From NCBI GenBank assembly GCA_002633005.1, contig NMRA01000549.1:207872-271871 (forward strand): a DNA stretch of 64,000 bases, written 5' to 3'. The notes under the pieces are model-generated. The model was not told the origin of the DNA. It made no database searches and saw only the letters and a program-made list of their open reading frames with translations. Source of the stretch: Phoronis australis (Eukaryota; Animalia; Phoronida). Positions 59,001-64,000 of this stretch are shown here, piece after piece; positions within the stretch are counted from its first letter, which is position 1; each line of letters starts with the position of its first letter. Position numbers and translations under genes: made by a program.

Positions 59001-59863
59001 ACATTCGACTCGTAATGGTATGGATGTTCGGCTGCATTTTTGTGCATCAAGACTTTGTCAAAATGAAGATCTATCCATCCATACCATGACCGAACATTTC
59101 TTTATATGTATTGTGCCTCCTTCACCGTCCTTTTCACCCTCTCTTTGCCCACCCCATGTTCTACAAACCAGCAATTACTGGGGCTGTCCTGCCTCATTTG
59201 TACACCCTGTATATTTTACTCCATTCTGCCACCTCTTAGACACACTGTAAAATAATTTCACTCCATTTTCTTACCTCATACACCCACACTGTGAATTTCG
59301 CTCCATTTTACTACCTCATACGCTCACCCTGTATGTTTCACTTAATTTTACCACCTAATAGATATACGCTGTAAGTTTCACTCCAGTTTACCATGTTATA
59401 CACCAATCCTGTAAGTTTCACCTCTTTGTAGTAGCACTTGCTTACTATATAGTAACTGGAATGTTGTGGTTCATAACATAGATGGCTTCTTGCAGATGAT
59501 GGTACTGTGATGGAGTCACTTACTGAAGACAAACTGAGAGAGCTGCTGCATAACTCACGCATGACGTCACGTTCAAGCTCTAGCACTGCTGGTACAATAA
59601 CCAGCAATGAGACACAGAATAAGAACAAGCTGAACAACTCAACCACTGACAATCAACCAGTGTTGAATAACTTGACAAATAATGCACAACGTCCGTCCAA
59701 GTCCAGCCGTGCTGCTGCTCAGATTCTCCGTAACAGTTTCTGCGAAGCTGGAGACAGAACTGATGAGGATAGCGAGACTGATCCAATAGCGCCACATCCT
59801 CCCAACAGTGGACGCAAGTCGTCCGCAGGAAAGTCACGTACCTACTCACCACTGCCGCAGTGA
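47072..59863 (+). CDS. FSIP1: Fibrous sheath-interacting protein 1 homolog (14 coding exons, about 728 aa)
   Basis: Exons 47072-47284, 47476-47597, 47907-48016, 48929-49046, 49665-49829, 51116-51240, 52582-52692, 53268-53401, 55097-55225, 56149-56319, 56909-57067, 57967-58076, 58493-58644, 59496-59863; total 2187 nt, phases compatible. Blocks recalled from vertebrate FSIP1: MNIIRGSLDEITRPASNS, LKEAILKMRKYDRIL...REKEVK, NTERFLAL, PVFPTQV, DFVKRNIQLA, GEKALKDTRE. Start could alternatively be ATG 47111. Confidence 0.85.
48715..48945 (+). repeat. 64-66 bp tandem repeat x4 containing the FSIP1 exon 4 acceptor
   Basis: AG|G(a/t)..tgag recurs with AG ending 48732, 48798, 48864, 48928, linked by tgtg..cagtgacatc.gtt. 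Confidence 0.85.
49040..49260 (+). repeat. About 57-bp tandem repeat beginning at the FSIP1 exon 4 donor
   Basis: aa|gtaggt donor motif at 49045, 49095, 49152 and aagtcggt at 49210, within atgtctaatgaagtaggt..c.gggtctat units. Confidence 0.75.
49816..50090 (+). repeat. About 27-bp tandem repeat x10 containing FSIP1 exon 5 3' end plus donor
   Basis: atgttacaaagacg|gtgagtgtgtgta is the first unit; later units often carry gtaag(t). Confidence 0.9.
52183..52410. repeat. G-rich about 14-bp minisatellite (tgtggacgggcaa)
   Basis: Repeated gtggacgggcaat / gatggacatt units. Confidence 0.9.
54518..54875. repeat. 66-bp tandem repeat x5 with alternating A/B units and a short inverted copy at the right end
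   Basis: aaagc(t/c) at 54521, 54588, 54654, 54720, 54786; ttcttcacttgact..gaccttac core; tcatgcgctcggcttt near 54858-54873 is an inverted unit start. Confidence 0.9.
56575..56755. repeat. About 59-bp tandem repeat x3 (aactactccc...)
   Basis: actactccc at about 56606, 56663, 56724. Confidence 0.8.
57240..57372. repeat. Low-complexity tandem repeat (gtgtgttactgc)
   Basis: Repeated tgttactg units. Confidence 0.85.
59200..59425. repeat. About 38-bp tandem repeat (ctgtaagtttcactccattttacc) upstream of the last FSIP1 exon
   Basis: About six degenerate copies. Confidence 0.75.
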
Positions 59864-60039
59864 ATAGCAATAGTGGGCTGTTGTCCATCACAATTCCATC
59901 TTCTGGTTGGCAATACACAGCTTCAATTCAGATGGCATTACATCCACCTATGTAGTATTCAGATTCTGTACTTTGGAACAAATCACTAATATTTTGGAGC
60001 TGCAAAGCATTTTCTTTTTAAGTATCCATAAATTTTCTT

Positions 60040-60320
60040 CTGATTCTCATATCCTCTTCTGTGCTCTTCATCTCTTTGTCTGTTCATGTCTTCATCTTTT
60101 CTTCTGTTCATCACTTTGTCTGTTCATCTCTTCATCTGTTCCTTTCTTCTGTTCATCTCTTTGTCTGTTCATTTCTTTGCCCATTGGTCTCTTCATTTAA
60201 CATGTTTAGCTCATCATTTCTTCATTAATTTGCATGTTCATGTCTTTGTTTATTTATATGTTCATGTCTTCATAATATTGATGTCTTCATTTCTTTGTCT
60301 CTTCATCTCTCGGTTCATGG
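60040..60320. repeat. Pyrimidine-rich simple repeat (tctgttcatctctt) in FSIP1 3' UTR region
   Basis: Repeated tgttcat/tcttcat units. Confidence 0.85.
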
Positions 60321-63300
60321 ATACTCCTCTGGGTAACTTCCTGTGGACTATAATTTAGAACAAAATGAGTGATATGCTCTGGTGAAACTACCCTCCTAGT
60401 GCACTAGTTGATTGGCCAACTTGTTGAGTCTGTTCTGCGTAAAGTGTGTTTGGCTTTGGCTTTGGCTCTTGGCAGTTAATCACAGCTCCCTTCAAGTATG
60501 AGTAAATAGTCATGTCCATTCAACTAGGTCACGTGTTCATAACTTTTACGCTGTTTTGTGTAACTTGCCCGACACTTTTTATGACATCATTGGCATTCTT
60601 GTGCTGCTGTGTTGTTTTACAAAGTAATGCTATGTGTTGCTGACGGCTGTCTTGTTTTCTTGCTCTGTGTCCCAACCACAGACATGTACATAAGTCATGT
60701 TAGAGTATTGTGTCATAGTTGTCTGAAGTAGGCCCATTCAATGGAGTTACTTTAATACTTACCTGACAACTCCTGTTTGGCCTTGTCAGTGCGTAGGTGT
60801 TTGTGACTGTGTGTGTAACAATAGAAAAGATGGTTTAAAGCTTGATAGCAATTTTAGCAGTTACCCCAGTTATTTTGCACAACAACTATTGAGGAAAACA
60901 GTAAGAATTCACAAAACCTATGTGTATTGAAGGCAAAATGTAAATATACTTAACTGATTGTGTTTCAAGTGTCCTGATTAAGGTCACTGTTGAATTGTTT
61001 GAGGTCTTTGGTTCTTGTATTGAGATAAAGGCTCGTGTTAGGCACAACTAGAGATTGGAAAATAATCTCTTTTATTGAAAACTACACTTGACTGTCAGAG
61101 TTTCTCTAAAGACAGAATTTTCAAGGTTTTTCTGAACTAACTTAAACTCAAAAGATGTTTTTAATTGAGGAAAAAGACTAAGAGCTCATGTACTTATTCC
61201 TGGTGTAAGTCTGACCTGGGATCAGTATCAGTCCTGCAGATCAGTCGCATTACCAAAAAGTGGTGTTGGCCTGAGCCACCCTATAAGTGAAAGATAACAT
61301 GTTCGTTCTGGGATGATCATTCTATTTGGCTATGATGTATTTGCTTGATGTATGAAGTCTTTGCTAACACTTTTGTGGAGTGTTATTCTTGAAATCAAAT
61401 AAAGAATTTGAAACTAAGTGGCCATTTTTAGTACAAAATCGCATCTAGTCGCACCACTTGCCATAGGCCACCAGAGATTCATACTTTTTCCCACTTTTTG
61501 GTGGTTTTCTTACTTTTCTTGAAATTCCTACTGTTCAACAACTTTTAACCCAGATTTGCCATGAGTAAATCTGTTGTATTAAATGATGAAATGTACAATT
61601 GTTATGAGTTCCAAAGCGAAACTCTACCCCAAGGGTAGGCGTACTGTCCCTTACTTGAATCAAAACTCTAACCCTTTTAGGATAAAACACTCAAGACTAG
61701 GCGTTTTTGTCTCATTCTTAAGGCGAAAAGAGCACTCCTTTGGAGCATAAATAAAAATTAAAAGTTGATTCAAGTTGTGTGATTGCAGAGGGGACGCAGT
61801 GAGTACACCGTATCAATATAATTGACACTGAGAAACATATTACTGAGTACTAGAAATGATAAAATAGGGCATTAAATAAATTGGCACTCCTTAGCGTGAC
61901 GTACCACACTCACTCCATTTTCCAATTGTTTCTGAATCTGAATTCACAAGCAATGCACTACTTTCGATTTCGCAAAATTAGATTTGACCAACCCCAATAA
62001 ACACTGAAGCGTTTTCTTATAAGTAGGTCAAGGTTACGATGTTCTTGGTAAGGAATACTACGAGAGCAATATTATATATGAGAGTAAAAGGATATTCCTT
62101 TTTAGTCAGCTTAGCTGGAAGAATTGCATCTTTATTTAATTGGCCTAAATCAAAAATTGTTTTCGACAGAAGTTCCGGATTAATTAGCCCTGAATTTTAT
62201 GTCTAATTCCTCTCTGGGGAAAGTACTTTTCTATGCACTGTGTCCCTTTTCAACTTTTGTCGAGTTACGTTGCGTGGGCATTCTGCTTGCTCTCGCCGGA
62301 CATCTGGCTGTAGCGGATCTAGTCACCCGACCAATCTGCTGTCTTGTTTTCCTTTTGCGGTTGTTGACAATATTTGTAAAGCACATGACTTATGTATTCA
62401 GACAAACAAGTACCCTTTGGCTAATGCTTGGTCGGTGCTGTAGTTGGGAAAAAGCAGCTTCCCTGGGATAAGACGCTTCGCCCTGAGTACTTTGCCCCCG
62501 TCCTCAAGCCTCAATTAAATATGCTATGTCTCGTTAAAACCGTGAATGTTTAAATTTGTAGCAATCGCCACTGTGTGTACAAGAAAAATAAGGACAAGAA
62601 ACAATTTGTAAATAAATTGCGGTTTTAAAGAAAACACCACTGTGAATACATAAAATTACCGTAGTATTTCTAAATATAACGCAATCGTTATTTGATAGTA
62701 AAATAAACAAATAATAACTGTGCCTTTTTCACTAGGGTAACGAAAAAATACTACCATACTCATTTACATAAAAATAGTCTCGCAAAACAAGACTTTCGCG
62801 AGATTGTAATGGTAACTGGTTTCAGGATGGTTTCCGGCACACTGGCGGACCCGGGGTTGTTTGTAAATTAGCGCTTCATTTGCATATTCACAATCCAATG
62901 AGACTATGTATATTTAAGATCAAGAAACAATGTAAATTTAATTTAAGTTGCTGGACCCGAGTTTGGCGAACAAAACGGATGAAATTAAAATTTAACTGAT
63001 TATTTTATCATGCCTTGAATAATTCACTTGCAAGGAAAACACGCATTTCTAAAGATTTGCGGGGATTTTTAACCGCTGCTTCTTCAGCCGTAGTCGGAGC
63101 AGCTGGCATCAGAATCAAAGCGAGCGTGGCGACGGAGTCGGACGTTGTTGTGATGACCGCCTTGTTTAGTGCGAGCACGTGTAATTACCCAGCCATAAAC
63201 TGTAGTAAACGTATCTGCTTGTACATACTGGCGAATTTTCGAATTGCATAAACCAATAATTTTCATTAAAAATAAATATTACCGCAGTATTCAGCTGGAA

Positions 63301-63435
63301 AAACAACATAGCACGGTTTACAGCGTATATATTAATACAGCTCCCTATTGACATTTAAAAATGAAATCACTAAAATTTCTAAGTGATAGAGCATTGCAAT
63401 CGTGATTTAAAACGTGACAACCATACAACAGAAAA

Positions 63436-63850
63436 CTATTTTTTCATGCCTATTACTAATTGAAAATGTAACCATGTATTATCGTTGGATTGCAGGTTGC
63501 GAAAGAGCTGTTCACGCTCAGAATTATACACGGGGCATGAGAGCAAGTAGTGAGCATTACTATTAATTGAAGCAGAGGTATATTTATTAGAATAATTGGC
63601 AAAGTCATGATAGAACCTTTGTGAATTGAGGTACAACCCGCTCGCAATTGGTTAATAAGAATTTCTTTTTTCACGCAATAAACAGTAGTAGAAAGAGGTT
63701 TGAGACTATTACCCTTAATAAATGATTTAACACAATGATATTGATCTGCTATAGCTCTAATGGGAAACTATTCCATTAAAGCAAACCGACAATGATTGGA
63801 GTTTTCCTAAATTATTGCGGATATCGACGTGAAATTACATATTCAGTAGT
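63436..63850 (-). mobile_element. Degenerate non-LTR retrotransposon (CR1/L2-group-like) ORF2 C-terminal fragment
   Basis: Frameshifted peptides KKEILINQLRAGCTS / LNSQRF...NAHYLLSCPVYNSEREQLF match the typical LINE post-RT L..LR.G...LN.H...HYLL.CP.Y...R..L motif. Confidence 0.65.
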
Positions 63851-64000
63851 ATGTACCCGCGCGGGGGAGGGGGGGGGGGTGTTCGGGGGCTCGGTTTTTC
63901 ATTTTTTTTTTTAATCTATTTTTTTGCTGAATGGGTGTAACAATGAAGAACTCGTGCCCTAGCTCACATTAACTGACACGAAACTTTTGTAGTCTTGCGC

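Overview
Eukaryotic (invertebrate metazoan-type, AT-rich, GT-AG spliced) genomic window with four multi-exon genes that could be assembled by hand with consistent intron phases: MCM8 (+, 22 coding exons, 1508-21628, about 824 aa), ABCB10 (+, 10 coding exons, 26463-34518, about 673 aa), a BTB-BACK-Kelch gene of the KLHL26/KLHL9-13 type (-, 2 coding exons, 42367-40137, about 608 aa) and an FSIP1 homolog (+, 14 coding exons, 47072-59863, about 728 aa). Introns and intergenic DNA hold tRNA-derived SINEs, several TIR MITEs, a candidate solo LTR, a LINE remnant and many minisatellites. The most striking unexplained pattern is that at least nine exon-intron junctions, spread over all four genes, are themselves tandemly duplicated into the adjacent intron (units 16-72 bp or longer), producing rows of decoy splice donors or acceptors that, where checked, bring in-frame stops; one of these arrays grades into a 1.4 kb minisatellite and another has been split by a later MITE insertion. 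Gene identities rest on recalled family sequences, not on database searches; the species cannot be determined.
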